Of a stretch of DNA of 64,000 nucleotides, positions 50,790 to 64,000 are shown in pieces; position 1 is the first letter of the stretch, and every line of letters starts with the position of its first letter. The notes beneath the pieces were generated by a model, which made no database searches, had not been told where the DNA came from, and saw nothing but the letters and a program-made list of their open reading frames with translations. The stretch is from Lama glama (taxonomy: Eukaryota): the NCBI GenBank assembly GCA_028534125.1, contig CM052816.1, forward strand, positions 65,226,001-65,290,000, written 5' to 3'. The position numbers were made by a program, and so were the translations under genes.

Positions 50790-51250
50790 TTAGTTTCTAG
50801 TTCAGATTCTTTCCCATTATAGGCTATTACAAGATATTGAATATAGTTCCCTGTGCTATACAGTAGGTCCTTGTTGTTTATCTGTTGTATATGCAGTAGT
50901 TTGCATCTACTAATCCCAAACTCCTAATTTATCCCTCCCCCTACTTTCCTTTTGGTAACCAAAAGTTTGTTTTCTGTGTTTGTGAGTCTATTGCTGTTTT
51001 GTAAATAAGCTCATTTGTGTCACAATTTAGATTCCACATATAGGTGATAAATGATTGTTATCTTTCTCTGTCTGACTTCACTTAGTATGATAATATCTAG
51101 GTCCATCCATGTTGCTGCAAATGGCATTATTTCATTCACTTTTTAAGGCTGAGCAGTATTCCATGTATATAAATATACTACATCTTCTTTATCCAACCAT
51201 CTGTCAGTGAACATTTAGGTTACTTTCATGTCTTAGCTATTGCGAATAGT
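50790..51250 (-). mobile_element. Cetartiodactyl-type L1 3' fragment
   Basis: cagattctttcccattataggctattacaagatattgaatatagttccctgtgctatacagtaggtccttgttg...gtccatccatgttgctgcaaatggc. Confidence 0.88.
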
Positions 51251-51589
51251 TCTAGAAAGCTGCTTCTTAATGTTAAAAGTAACATATGGTGCTTGACATG
51301 ATCATGATGTAAAGAACTGAACCAGAGAGTCAGGCCCACATGGAATGGAGATAGACTCAAGGAATGGACTCTCCACTGGCATGTGACATGAACAGACTCT
51401 TATTGAGTCTTAGAGCTTGTCCAGATAGTTGGTAATTCTTTTATCATGAATGATATCATATATCATGTAACACAACCAGAAAAACCCATCAGACATTCAT
51501 ATTTCTCTCTCCCTCTCTCTCTTTCTCACTTTCTTTTATTCTCTCTCCACCTCCCCTACCCCAACACCATACTAATTCTGTCACAACTT

Positions 51590-51810
51590 CTCCTATCTGA
51601 GAATTTGAGTTTGAATCCTCTGCCCAATACTAGCAATATAATCCTGGATGAGTTACTTAACCTTGTTTTGCTTTAATTTCCTTATCAGTAAAATGGGGGC
51701 CAATAATTGAATATTATCTACCTCGTAGGGTGGTTTTGAGGATGAAGTGAGAAAATATATATAAGATTCCTGGCACGCCTAGTGAGCACTTCATAAATGT
51801 TACCTATACT
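51590..51810 (+). mobile_element. MIR SINE
   Basis: tgagtttgaatcctctgcc...gagttacttaacc...taatttccttatcagtaaaatggggg...tacctcgtagggtggttttgaggatgaagtgag. Confidence 0.8.
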
Positions 51811-54800
51811 GTGGTGAGAAGATTGAAGCCCAAGGAGATCATGACCTGATCAAGGTCATTAAGGCAGTTGGCTAAAGAATAATCAGGATCAGAACCTATA
51901 CATTGATTTCCCACTCTGGTCTTTATTTTCTGCTATGCTGTCTCATTAACTGGCAGCTAATGATATACTTTCTTTAAAAAAAAAAGTTTTGCATTTGTGT
52001 GTCTTGTCTCTTCAAGTAAATTATAAGTGTCTTGAAGCCTAAAAGCATGGATTAGTAACTTCATTAACCACAGCCTCTAGTGGAGAGCTCTTATTATTGG
52101 GGGCTTAGTGTTCATTTGTTAATTAAGACACGACATTCAACCAGAAACTATTTTACTCATCCCACATTTCTCATTCCGTCTTCAGTAGTTCAACCTGTAA
52201 GAACAGCCAGCTATTACAATCTTTGCACAAAATTAGAATTTCATGGTACGCAACCACTGACTACTTCCTTGGTAACTCCCCAGAGAAGAACATGCAATTT
52301 CCTACAAGATTTCTGCAGTGTAAAGAAAATAATATAATTTGTCTCTGCTTTTGTTTCTCCATATATAGAATTTGTATACAGCGTTCCTTAATCACAAAAG
52401 AATTCTATTATAATTTAGCTTATTGTTATGTAAATTCAGGCATAATCCAGGCTACACTATCATCCCCAAAATATAGTAAGTACCCATTGGGAAAACCTGG
52501 TAGAATCTCAAGAGTGGTGATTATTTTTAACTTCGGGTAACAACTTTTATATAAAGAAGCTCCACTCACCCTGCATTTGTGGCACTATTAACTACACTCA
52601 CTAGTAAGCTAATATTTGAAGTATATTTAATACACCTCTGTAAGAATTGACCAGTGTACTAAACATTACAAATTGCCACCATGATTTCCCAATGGCTACT
52701 CTTAAGAATCAACTATATCTTTGAAAATCATTTTCTTAAACAACTTCTTAAAAATGCCTTTGAAAAGTTTAAACTCCTCTTTATCAGCATCTACATTTCA
52801 CATTTCAAGAAATTACAAGCTTTCAGCGGCAAGTATGCATACCCTACAGGTTTCAGTTTTCTCTTGCTTCTCAGGTTGTAGTCAATATCCACATGAGGGA
52901 GGTACTGGTAAACTGACTTCCAGGACTTGATGGACCAGTTTGTCCTTCTGTAGACCTAAACCCTTGAGCCTTCTATCTGGCCTTCAAGAATCTCCCCAGC
53001 CCTGCATAACCAGGAATTCATCTCCTGTTTAAATGTGGATTGGGAAGGGTACAGGCTACACTTCCCAGGTTAACCCAGGTTAAGAGAGAATGGAAGAACT
53101 GACTGAGCTTTGCCTTCCAAGGAATATCAGGGAGTTAATCAAAGGACTGCAAAGTGCTCTTGGTAGGAAAGTACTGGGAAGTTATATTCTCCTGTGAAAA
53201 GAAAACCCTCCAGTAAGTTGAGAATAGCCAAATGTAATAACATAACAATGAATTTCAAAGTTGGCTGGCATATGACACTCCTCTAGGAATTCTTCGTTTC
53301 TAGCTCGATCTCATTAGCTACAAACAGAGTCTCCTAAGCCTTATCAGGAGTCTGGCATTTTGTTTGAGAATCCAAACTTTTCTGTTCGAAAACTAGGGTA
53401 AAACTCAGTTATGTATCAACAGGGATGTGAGAGAAAAAGCACACAAGGCACGTTATTGTATTATAAATGTGTAGAACATAATAGTTTGACAAGGAAAGGC
53501 TTCCAACAAGGCTGAATAAATACCAGAATGTAACACACAACTGAAAAGACTTTAATTTACACAATGCAGCAATGAATTATGGGCACATTAGGACAGAAAT
53601 CATAATAACTCCTTAATTTAAACTAGAGCCCCTAATATGCGTGTAGTGTTTCACCAATTAGAGAGTGCTTTCCCTGAGTCACTTTTCACGTTAGATGACT
53701 GGGAGCAAGTGCAGACCTGGTCTGACAACATAGCGGGCAACATGAGCCCATCATTGTTGGACCATGGTAAATGCTAATGACTCCACAACTGGTTGAAAAT
53801 GGCTTTCATGTTTGAATAATTTTCTTTAAATAAAGTTAGGGAAGATGGGTGTCCTTCGGTGCATACCATGTTAGGAATGCAAGAGACTTCAGAAAGTCTT
53901 TTGATCCAACAGTCTGACTTGTGAAAGATTTACCTTGACACACAAATGTTTGGCTATGTTCTTTTTCTTTGTTCACTAAGGCACATTGGTATCAAATGCC
54001 TTTAGCTACTTGGAGGTGGGAAGCTAATTCCCAACTTTGCTGTAATAATTGCTAAATATGAGAGGTTGTGGTGTATGATTTCTGATTCCAGCTACCTCAT
54101 TAGATTCTGCCATGGCCCCTGGTAGGTCGCTTACCCATCACTGTATTCTTTTTATTATCTGTAACGTGAGGCTAGTGGAAGGGACTGCTTATCTGAGCCT
54201 CAGCACTTAGAAGGCAGGGAAAACAGAGATATCAATTGGCCAGAATGAGCACTAGAAGTCAGGACGTTGCCCCTGTGCCCACTTTGGGACCATCTGCAGT
54301 GTGGAGGGCAGCACAGACATGGGTCAGTTTATTCAGGACACCACACGTTAAAATCTGATGAGCTGTTCCTCATCATTTCACTTAAAAAAAAATAGGTGGC
54401 TGTTTTGTGAGGCCATTGACTCCCGAACCTCACTTTGTCACCACTCTTCCTCATGACCTCATTGGCATCAGATTTTGGGACATGTCCTCACATGGAAGAT
54501 GCTTCTCATGTTTTATCCAAGTTTCTATCATAACCTATGATGTGCAAGTGTTAGAAAGCGGAATGAAAGCAATAATTGTGTAAAGAGATACTAAGAGTGG
54601 AAAGAAAATAGGAAAGTGATCTTTCTATGCTCTGTTTTAACTGAATATAAATTGTCCATATCTTTGTCTCAGTTGCTGTCCAGAAATGAAATATCCTAAG
54701 ATATTTAAGGGTTAAGGATCCCAGATCTTCATTTGATCCTGCCTCTTAAGCTTAGTCTATATGGAAAATAGCACAGATTCTAAACAGTAATTCAAGCTCT

Positions 54801-55342
54801 TTAATAAAAGATTTGGCTGTGATCCAATGTGTTTTCAGTATTTTTCTGATAGAGTTTTAGTGATTTTTCATGAAAAGCACTTGATTCAAATGATATTATT
54901 TCATCTTTTAATGTTTTAGTCAACAGTAAATGATATTCCCTTCCGATACACTCACTCCTCGCAAAGAAGAGCTTGTGGCAGACTGCCATTTTAGCCATTT
55001 ATTCCGCTTCAGCAGTGTGGTGCTGAATACATAGACACTGGGAAACATTAACTAAACTACTTCTATACACATTCAAAAGAAGCCACAGAAAAACCTGGCA
55101 AAATAGTAATAATAGTGAAATTATATTGCTTCTCTATAGATTGACGTATTAGATGACATTCCCCCAAATTTTGCATTTTAACATTTTAGTAGATCAGAGT
55201 GCACATTTTAAAAAATAACCTTATCTCCCAGGGTAGTTAGTTATACTTCATGTCATCTATATTTTATGGGATTTGGGGTCAAACACATCTGGTTCAAATC
55301 TTATGAAAATCTCAGAGAAAATAAGGTTAAGGTGGCAGGAAG

Positions 55343-55362
55343 AAGAGAGAGAGAGAGAGAGA
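55343..55362. repeat. (GA)n microsatellite in a purine-rich tract
   Basis: Visible directly in the sequence. Confidence 0.9.
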
Positions 55363-56884
55363 GAAGGAAATGAGTGATGGCGGGAGAGGAGGAAAGAAGA
55401 GAGGTGAGGGGAGAAAGGTAGATGAGAGGGAGGAAGAAGAAATACCTCTGGTCCATGAAAGGTTATCTGACAAGTGACGCTGAAGAGTATTCTCTCCAGT
55501 GAGTAAGAAGGAATTGCAGGGTGGTCGATTAGGAAGAATGTCTGGATAAAATCCCAATGCAAGACTTTCTTGAAACTAAGAAGTATTGAAAACTGGAAAA
55601 AGTAAGTTGATTTTCATCAACTGGCGTTGATGAAATCTATCCAAAGAGGTTTAAAAATAGCTCAGGTAAGGATCTGTTAGAATGAGAGAGGGGACACGTG
55701 GCTCTTTCTCATCTTCCACGCTGTCTCCCTTACATCAAGTTAACACGTCTCTGGGCCCCTCGAGGTTAGCCTGATTCCTTGGAGGGAAGGCACGTGTTCC
55801 CTGGACACTTTTATGGTCTGTCCGGGGTCTGCCTCCTGGATAAAGGTTTTAAGATTTTTTTCTACAGATATGTCAGCACATTAATGCATTATTTGGCTCC
55901 AGGTGGCCTTTCCTCTTGCATTTCCTCATTTGCCTTCCATTCTCTTCCTTCCCTTAGCCACCGTCACTGTCCCCGGGGGACAGCATAAGTGCTTCTAGCA
56001 ACTCTCACTTCACATTTGTTATTACTGTCTGATTAAGGTATTTGGCTATTATAAAATGCTGATACTTGGAATTTTGTGATATCATTCCTTCAGGGTGGAG
56101 GGCAATCAGAATACCTGAGAGAGGGTCAGAGTTCAGAACGAGATCCACCAGAGTTTGGCTGTCATTTGGGCTAGTCAGTTTCTGTGTGCTGCACACATGA
56201 GCCAACTGTGCTCCTAAGAGAGGAGAACAAGTCTCACTGAGTCAGGGCTGGGATTGCAAAGCCTTTTGAGTACAGGAAAGAACAGGCAGGGGTTGACTCC
56301 CTAAATGAGTCTTGAAGAGGAAGTGATGCTTGACAGATGGCAGAGGCCAAGTGGCTAAGGGACTGCGGAACTGGAACCGGGACTGTAGGTGAAGGTCCTT
56401 CTCTAAATGATATTCTCGGCCTTAACAATAAGTTATTAACATGGCTTAGTAAAGAAAACGGGTTGGGGTAAGAGGAGAGCTTTCAGAAGGTGGGGAGGAG
56501 AAACAGGTGATATCAGCCTGGTTGAAGTTTCTGCTGTTGTTGCAGTTGCTGTCAGCACTACAGCAGGAACACTCAGCTTCTTTAGCTACTTGGCCTAATG
56601 TCAGATAGGCCCAATGGGAGCCGGGCTCTGCTGTTCACTGACTCTCACCTGGGGTAAGGCACTGGTCCTCTCAGAGTCTCAGTATCCTCCTTTGGGCAAA
56701 AGAATAGTAATAGCTCTTACCCACAGAAAGTTATACCTTCATCTTCTGCACCTCCAGCCTCTTCTCAGCCAGCCACTTTCCACGAGAATCAAAACATATC
56801 TTCAAGATCTTCTGTGTTTAAAACAAACAAACAAAAACAAAACAAAGCCAAAAAGCTTGTCTGCACTGAACTTTTCCTCTTTGT

Positions 56885-57074
56885 TAGGGATTCTCTTGAT
56901 ATTTTGGACTTGATAATCCATTATTGCAAGGCTGTGCTGTGCATGGTCGAATGTTTCACAGCTTCTTAGGCTTCTACCCATGAGAGTGCTCCTTCAAGCT
57001 GTGAATCAAAGATGTCTCCAGACATCCCTCAATGACCCATGGTGGACACAGTCTCCACCAACTGAGAACCACTG
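56885..57074 (+). mobile_element. MER20 hAT-Charlie MITE
   Basis: gatattttggacttgataatcc...ggctgtgctgtgcatggtcgaatgttt...aaagatgtctccagacat...tgagaaccactg. Confidence 0.8.
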
Positions 57075-57639
57075 TTCAAAGTCTGCCTCGTTCCTCTTTT
57101 CCTCTGCAAAGCCACACTTCCCCCACAGTTCTGCCTATCTCACTAGCTCCATCTCCTCCCTTTCCTATCACTCCTAAATCTATTCTGCTTTGTCTCTTGT
57201 CACCATTTCACTCATAAAATGGTCCTTATTCAGATGAATGATAATCTTAGTACCTCCAGATTTAATGAATCTTCCAGCTCTTCTTTTACTTAATATCTCA
57301 GCTGAATTCACTGTTTTTAGCATCTCTGCCATGAAATACTCTGTTCTCCTGGCTTTTCTAACACCATTCTCTTGGCCTAATCTGTGAGGTCTGGGACACA
57401 TGGCATACCTGGGGCCTCTCTCTCTGTGGGCTCACCATCCTCCAGGACACTAGCTCAGACTTATTCATATGGTAGAGAAAAGATTCCAGCTCACGAAAGG
57501 GCAAGCTTCTGCTTGTTTCCCATTTGCTAGCAATCTCTTTGCTGATCACAGAATCAGCGTGGAAGGGGTTACTCAAGACAGAGCTGTAGGGAGAAGATCA
57601 ACTCCCGGCAGGACAGCTTGAGGGGCTCCATTAACTAGT

Positions 57640-58560
57640 TTCACTCCCAAGTGAAATTAGTGAAACTGTAAAAACAAACAAACTTCTGGAAATAGTTCTA
57701 AAGACAGCAAATGAAGAAATAAAAATCTAAGACTATCTATAAAAAAAAAACTCAGTAAGACAGGTAAGAGTTTGCATATTTAAACCAAGACTCTCCCCTC
57801 TAATGCCCCTCCCAGTTCAGTGACACGGAGGCTCCATCCAGGCTGACAGGGCCAAGAATTCAGGGCTCCTTTTCCCTGACAGCTCCCAGCAGGAGGGCTT
57901 TCTTCCCAGGAGGAGTAGGACTTCAATGCTTCTCATCTTGCCCCAGTGCCTGCTGCTAAGGCTAAGCCCCGGGTGAGTGTAGTTGAGAGAGGGAGAAGTG
58001 CCCTTTTCCATGCTCCCCTAATTGCAGAATGGGGACACCACCTTGTGCACAGCATATGAGGATGCTGAGTTCCTCGTCACCTTCACCTGGGCTCCTGAGG
58101 TGGTGGCTTTGCACCAGGAGAGACCAGCCTAGAGGACATTAGGCTGCTGCCCACAGGCCCCTACTAAGCTCAGCTGCTAGAGTCGGGAACACCCCTAGTC
58201 ACGCTGAGAGAAGCTTTTAAGGTCCCCACCTCCATCTCCAGAACCCTGGTTTATAGATTTTGCCTGGGAGGAGAAGCAGCCCATAAAATCAATAGTTATT
58301 AATCTCTTCCCAAAGGAACCGGCTTAATCTGCAACAAAGCATGGAGAAATTTGAGCTTAAGAGTGCCCTCAGAAACAATGGTGGCCATGTAATTGGCAGA
58401 GTCAAGATAGAGTCTAAAAGGCAGGCTGGTTTTCAGGAGAGAACCAGGGAACAAGACAACTGAGAGGAACCTCACTGGGTCAGAACAAATATTGAACACT
58501 GACCTCAAAACTGTTCCTTCAAAGGAGCTGCAATTTGGTTGTATTTTTTATAGAGCAGTT
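57640..58560 (+). mobile_element. Probable old L1M 5'UTR fragment
   Basis: A GC-richer segment starting aaacttctggaaatagttctaaagacagcaaatgaagaaat that resembles L1M 5' ends. Family assignment is uncertain. Confidence 0.45.
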
Positions 58561-58579
58561 TATGCCCTAGGCCCTATCT

Positions 58580-59090
58580 CTACCTTCATCACCAGTACTG
58601 TAGTCTAATCTGTTATCGTCTCTCACCTGGACTACTGCACAATCTTCCTAACTGGTGCCCAAATAAGGAACACCCTCCTAACTGATGTGCAATCCAATCT
58701 CTACAGTGTAGCCAGAAAAATCCTTTGCAATTCAAAACTAATCATGTTTTGTGCTCCCCGTGTCTATAGAGGCTAGAAAGAAACCTGTACCTTCAGTGAT
58801 GTTTGATTTAGTGCTGGCAATTGCTAAGTCTCATTTCTTGCCTGTGTCTGTCCCTTCCCACAGCACCGTGGTGACGCTTTAGCTCCTCCTCTGCCGCCAC
58901 CCATCCCCAAGCACACACTCTCCCTGAAGACCTTGTTCAAATTTTGTGCCAGGCAGGTGCCACTGGAGGGAATTCTCCTTTATAAAATGCCTATTCACTC
59001 TCTGCTTTTGGTCTCTCTGGTCACCTAGGCCATTGGCTGGCATACAGTAGATACTCAGATAAATACTTGTTGAGTATGGAGTAAAAGAAG
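58580..59090 (+). mobile_element. L2 LINE 3' fragment
   Basis: atcgtctctcacctggactactgcacaatcttcctaactgg...ggctggcatacagtagatactcagataaatacttgttgagt. Confidence 0.7.
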
Positions 59091-59134
59091 ACTCCTAGCA
59101 GCATAATATATGTATAATCTCAAAGCACAAATAC

Positions 59135-59546
59135 TATATTAGTTAGGATAAGCTAGGTCCTGCTGTAATAACACCCCCATCCTCTATCCCACCCTCCCCA
59201 CCCACAAAACCACATACGTTCACAAATTTCAGATGCTTTAAACAACAAAGGTTGCTTTCTCACTCATGCCACATTCTCTTTGTGCTTTAGCATGGACTCA
59301 GGCTGATGGAGGCTACCACTTGGAACACTGTAGTTCACTGGTAAGGGGAGGATAGGCAGGAATGGTTTCACACTGGTAATTAAATACCCTAGCAAGGCAG
59401 TGACATACCTTATCTTCATATGCAATTAGTTAGCTAGAACTAGTCTCACAAACCTGTCCATCTATACTAGGGGCAGGGGAATGTATTCCTCTCATGTACT
59501 GAGAAGAAAGAACCAGATATATGTGGCCATTAGAAGTCTTCCCACT
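59135..59546 (-). mobile_element. Old MLT1K/L-like LTR
   Basis: tatattagttaggataagctaggtcctgctgtaataac...taaacaacaaaggttgctttctcactcatg...ggactcaggctgatggagg. Confidence 0.65.
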
Positions 59547-60645
59547 GGCATATTAGTATAGAGGTGTGTGTAATTAAAGTTCAAATTGAATTTGACCCAT
59601 GAGAGAAAGACTCAAGAGGACATGATAATTGAACTGGGCTGATGAATGATTTGGATAGCCTGGGTGAGGAAGCATTACTGGTAGAGGAAAGAGCATGAAC
59701 ATAATCAAAATGTATGTATGAGTGAGTATCTGGGTCACGGTGAAGAGTGACAGCCTTGCTGAAGTGCAGACTGTGTGTTGGGGGACCATAGGAAATGAGA
59801 CTGGAGTAATAGATTTGACCATTGGCTTATCCATGCTCATCTCTTAATATTTTTGTTCATAATGTAGAATTATCCTCAGAGTAGGGAACTCAATATATGG
59901 CTTTAGAAATACCAGTCACGTTGACTTTATTGTATTTTCTTTACTTCTAAAATTTCAGATTGTCAGCTGCTTTTATCCCAGGCTCTTTTTGGTTTTTACA
60001 GCCATCCAGAAATAGCTGGACCTGGCTTAATCCCTCTTTTCAGCCTACTGTCAATTCATGAGCAGATAAACAGCAATGCCCCTGCTAGGTTATGAATGGA
60101 GTGTCTTTAATCTCACCTTTAATTGGCACTTCTAGGGGTTTAGCTGAGTGGAGAGACCCTTAACAATGATACAAAGTGAAGAATAGTGTTGAATAATAGG
60201 TTTTATGAGAACCTGGATGCAATGGAAGGACATCATTCAATAAATTTGTCCCAAGGAGCTGGTAATATGCAGTCAATACAATTTGACCTATTTTCTCCCA
60301 TCTTACATTTGTTAGTTGTCCTGGCATTGGAAAAGAAAAAGAAAAAGCAGTGTCGCAGGTCCACTAATAGTAAAGAGATATTTGGGGGAAATTATACTTA
60401 AATTAAAGTATTTGTTAAACAAAATATTTTAACCATTAAAGAGCTATGTTAGGCTTAATATGCCCTCTATTGGTTGACCCTCAGAGGGAGCAATGTCTAG
60501 TGGCTACGTGTGGTCTCCAGAGCCAGACTGCCAAGATTTATACTAGAACTCCACCATTCACCACTGGGTGAATGCTATTTAATCATGACATTGTTATTAA
60601 AAATCACAAACTTTCTTTATTCATGCTTATATAGCAATTCCTCAC

Positions 60646-60989
60646 TGCTATGGACTGAATTCTATTCCCTGAATAATTCGTATGTTGAAGTCCTAACCTC
60701 CAATGTGACTGTCTTTGGATATAGGGCTTTTAGGAGGTAATTAAGTATAAATGAGATCATAAGGTTGAGGTCCTAATCTGATAGGATGGTGATATTTATT
60801 ATAAGAGGAGAGAGAGGCCTCTTTTTCCTTATGTGCAGTGCCCAGAAGAGGCCTTGTGAGCCCACAGCAAGAAGGTGGCAGTCTGTTAGCCAGGAACCCA
60901 GCCTCCAGAACTGGGAGAAAATAAATTTTTGTTGTTTAAATCACCTAGTCTATGGTATTTGGTTATGGTAGCCTTAGATGACTAATACA
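60646..60989 (+). mobile_element. MLT1B-like MaLR solo LTR with perfect CTCAC TSD
   Basis: ctcac|tgctatggactgaattc...ctccagaactgggagaaaataaattttt...gatgactaataca|ctcac. Confidence 0.92.
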
Positions 60990-61164
60990 CTCACCTGTAA
61001 TAACAGTGCCTATCTGACAGTGTGTTGGCGGAGGACTGAATGTATTAACATGTGCTAACCTCTTAAAATGATGATTGGCATACGGTAAATACTTAAAAGA
61101 CATTAGCTAATATTATTTGTATTTCCCTCCCAAATCCTCCATTTGATAGTATCATACTTAGATG

Positions 61165-61390
61165 TATGCTTTTTCAGTCACATCTGGGTTGCACTCCCAG
61201 CTCTGCCTCTTGTAAACTGTATGACCTTGTTCAAATAACTGACTTCTCTGAGCCTCAGTTTTCCATCTGTGAATGAGGATCAGAGTAGTGCTGCCTGCTT
61301 CTTCGGGTTGTTGTGAGGGTAAAAAGAGATATGTGTGTAAACGTATCTGGCATGCAGTAAGCTGTCCGTGTGTACTATTTATTTGCTGTC
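61165..61390 (+). mobile_element. MIR SINE
   Basis: ctgggttgcactcccagctctgcctct...gacttctctgagcctcagttttccatctgtg. Confidence 0.82.
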
Positions 61391-61919
61391 ATCGCTGGAG
61401 GTCTGCAGAGCTTCCTCTTTTACATAATTTTAATAAGCAACTCCCATCCTGAGAAAACCTTGAACTGCTTGGAGGAGCCAGTAATAACAGTTTCTTGGAA
61501 CCCTAAATATGTCCTCCCAAACCATTCTTACCTTCATTTTGTCATTGTGAGATACTTGCTTTGTGGGTTTTTGAGCTTGTTTAATATATGCCCTTAATGT
61601 CCCTCTGTCCATCATGATGTCAGTGTTACATCACAGATTCTACAGAGCAGGGGCTATGCCCTTTACACTCAAATTGTTTAAGATAACAGAGTTAAAGGAC
61701 TGGTTGTGACTACTGCTTTTGCTGGGGAACCGAAGACCGTGGAGAGAGATTTTCTCACAGCAGTTGAGTGGTGGGTTTGAGAACTAAAATCCAGTCTCAC
61801 AGCCTGGTTATGTGATATAATCACATCTCACTGTGTGAAGTAAGGAACCCATAATATATAGTGGGCATGTATAGCCTTAATCTGAGGTGTAGACACAGGA
61901 GTATTATGCACTGTATTGC

Positions 61920-62070
61920 TTTTTGGACTTTAATGAGTGAATCACCTGAGAAGCATGTTAAATTGCAGGTTCTGACTCTGGAAATCCAGGGTGGGACCTG
62001 GAATTCTGCATTTCTCACAAGCTCCTACATGATTCTGAGGCTTCTGGTCCCCATCCTCTGAGGGGCAAGG
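61920..62070. mobile_element. MER5A-like MITE
   Basis: gaatcacctgagaagcatgttaaattgcaggttctg...gggtgggacctggaattctgcatttctcacaagctcc. Confidence 0.75.
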
Positions 62071-62379
62071 ATGTAAATGCTTTCAGCAATAGTGACTTTG
62101 AAAATTGTTTGCTATTTTCTGTTTTCTTTGGATGTCCATTTTTGTATCCACTCAAATGTACCCTAGATGCAAGAATTTTTTTAATACACATTGGAGAATA
62201 ATTATAAGTCCACTTGGCAAAGACTCGAATTGGATACATTTTAAATTTAAATGCTTCAGTTTCTTTCCCCACGTGTTGTGTATTCCTAAATCAGTCACAA
62301 TGGCTTTATTATCTATCCCTTTTTCATCAAATAGGAAAGTAGTGCTCCTTGGAATTTACTTACTTCCCAGTCTTTATCC

Positions 62380-63130
62380 TCCATAATACATTAAATCACC
62401 TCCCCCTTCCAGAAAAACTCACCTTGTTTTCTGCCCTCTGTGGTTGTGAGTGTTCAGTTCTCACCCCCGAAGTCATACCTGGATTCTGTCGTCTGGCATC
62501 TCCTCGTCTCTCTCACTCTCTTCTTGGGAACTCCCATCCATCCACTGCCACAGATTCCATTGTTACTTCAAGCCTTTGGAATCACTCCCTGATCAATGTC
62601 TTTTGTCTTGAAGGTTTCCCTAAGTTTTAGTCTTGCATGTTTAATGGGTCCGATATTTATGAACTGCCTGCCCTTCAAACTCAACATGTTGAAAACCAAA
62701 GTCCTCATACTTCTTACTTCCAGACCCCAGGCCAACAACCACAAGTTATTTTACTCTATTTATCAAAACTTTCAGTGACTTTGTTTGCTGTAGAATACAT
62801 CTCTAACTCCTCAGTCTGATGTTGAAAACCCTCCTCTCTCTAACCTCAGCCTTTTTTTTTTCTATCCATATCTTCCATTGCTTTTCAATATGTGGCTGAC
62901 TTAAGTTAGTAAACATCCTCCTGTTTCCAGAACATGCATTGGCATTCCAGCCTTCATGCTGTTTTTGTGCTGAATCGAACACCCTTACAGCAACCTTTGC
63001 CTACCCAAATGTTACGTATTTCTCAAGGCCTACGTGCAGTGCTACATCCTCTCTGGTACATTCTCTATCCCCCCACCTGACAGGAACTCCTCCACCTCTG
63101 CACTGCTGTGACATGTGTTCCATGCTAGTT
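62380..63130 (+). mobile_element. Degenerate L2 remnants
   Basis: Pyrimidine-rich L2-like text (cttcaaactcaacatgttgaaaacc; tctcaaggcctacgtgcagtgctacatcctct). Confidence 0.5.
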
Positions 63131-64000
63131 AGTTGGCATCTCACACTGTGTTCTGTGTTAGAAATCTCATAAAACGTCTGCCATCTGAGATCCTAAGTCC
63201 TCCAGGCTTCTGGCGTCACTACTTTGTTTAGCAGCTAAAGAATATGGCTCAGGCCCCATCCCTTGGAATGAGCAACTCTGAATTCCTTCCTTCCCTTTTA
63301 GGCTCAGTCCTCTACTACCCTGAGGGGAAGGGAGAGTTGCCGCCTATCTGTTCCAAGCCATTCGCTCTACAATTCGATTCTCTTCACTTACTCTGGTCCC
63401 AGCAGCTGCTTCTAGCTCTGACTTCAGCCTCTGCTTTCTTCCCGTTGGCCACTGTCTGGAACTTCAGGACTCCACTTCTTTTCCATCACTACCCACACCA
63501 CCACTAGCAGCAGGTTGAAACTTACTGAAAACTTTGGGATAATACAGGCTAATTAATTATAGCACAACTGGGTCAACTGGAATTTAAATGATAGAATCAG
63601 AGCTTTGTCTTCTATCAGACACTCCCTGACCAAGTCTGTCACGAACACGGAGCTCCCCATCTCCAGACTTTTCATCTCTCGTCTCCTCTCCCAGGGTCTT
63701 AACTCTCCTATAGTGCCGAAATTCAATTTACTTCTTCATGCAGAATGTTTCATCATTTTTGTGGATTAAAACTTCCTTGTTTAGATTATATATAAAAGAA
63801 TTTCACCTTCCATAATCACATAGGTTTTTAAGTGTTTTCTAAGCTTGATAGCAGTTCTGTCCCTTAGGAATTCTGCAGTCCTGAAACTATCTTGGGTTAG
63901 CCAGATCAATGTAAGCTAAATAACCACGGTGCAGTGAGATAGGCAAAATTATCATCCACTTAATTTTGGATATGTCTCATTTTTTTCCATTTAGGTTGAA

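Larger units (their letters stand above)
22459..64000 (+). other. PDE4D: Intron downstream of the PDE4D7 exon (5' part)
   Basis: Starts at the GTGAGT donor. I see no downstream PDE4D exon (FDVDNG.../UCR1, or the GC-rich PDE4D4 first exon) in the window. Confidence 0.85.

Noticed and set aside
57800..58260. GC-richer segment as a possible CpG island or alternative PDE4D promoter
   Set aside because: CpGs are sparse, it looks like a decayed L1 5'UTR, and no PDE4D first-exon peptide is encoded.
63970..64000. Acceptor-like tttttttccatttag at the window end
   Set aside because: Only 6 nt follow, and they do not match a PDE4D exon start I recognise, so it cannot be evaluated.
1..64000. Novel multi-gene or prokaryote-type system, tRNA/rRNA genes, processed pseudogenes
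   Set aside because: I saw no long ORFs, operon structure, structured-RNA signatures or recognisable retrocopies. The content is explained by one exon plus mammalian repeats.

Overview
This is AT-rich, CpG-depleted mammalian genomic DNA, almost entirely intronic and repeat-rich, with a 500-N assembly gap at 15736-16235. I can support one coding feature: a 230-nt internal exon on the + strand (22229-22458). It encodes residues ~15-90 of the unique N-terminus of the long cAMP phosphodiesterase isoform PDE4D7 (ASEETLHSSNEEEDPFRGMEPYLVRRLSCRN...RPTSLPLKILPLIAITSADSS), so the whole window most likely lies inside the giant PDE4D gene, transcribed left to right. The other ORFs in the track are L1 ORF2 debris, microsatellite or gap artefacts, or chance ORFs. 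The repeats (Tigger1a_Art-like MITE, a young L1 3'UTR I recall as camelid-type, no visible Alu, B1, Bov-tA, PRE-1 or CHR-2 SINEs) suggest a camelid or other cetartiodactyl genome; this is an inference. I found no convincing novel multi-gene system. The best second-look items are: (1) PKA, JNK-docking and calcineurin PxIxIT motifs clustered in the PDE4D7 exon; (2) a twin-primed, 5'-inverted L1 with TSD and a possible micro 3' transduction; (3) an L1 copy apparently made from a prematurely polyadenylated RNA; (4) a candidate recursive-splice or poison-exon site; (5) an intact intronic CRE. Repeat family names were recognised by eye from remembered consensus sequences, and their boundaries are approximate.
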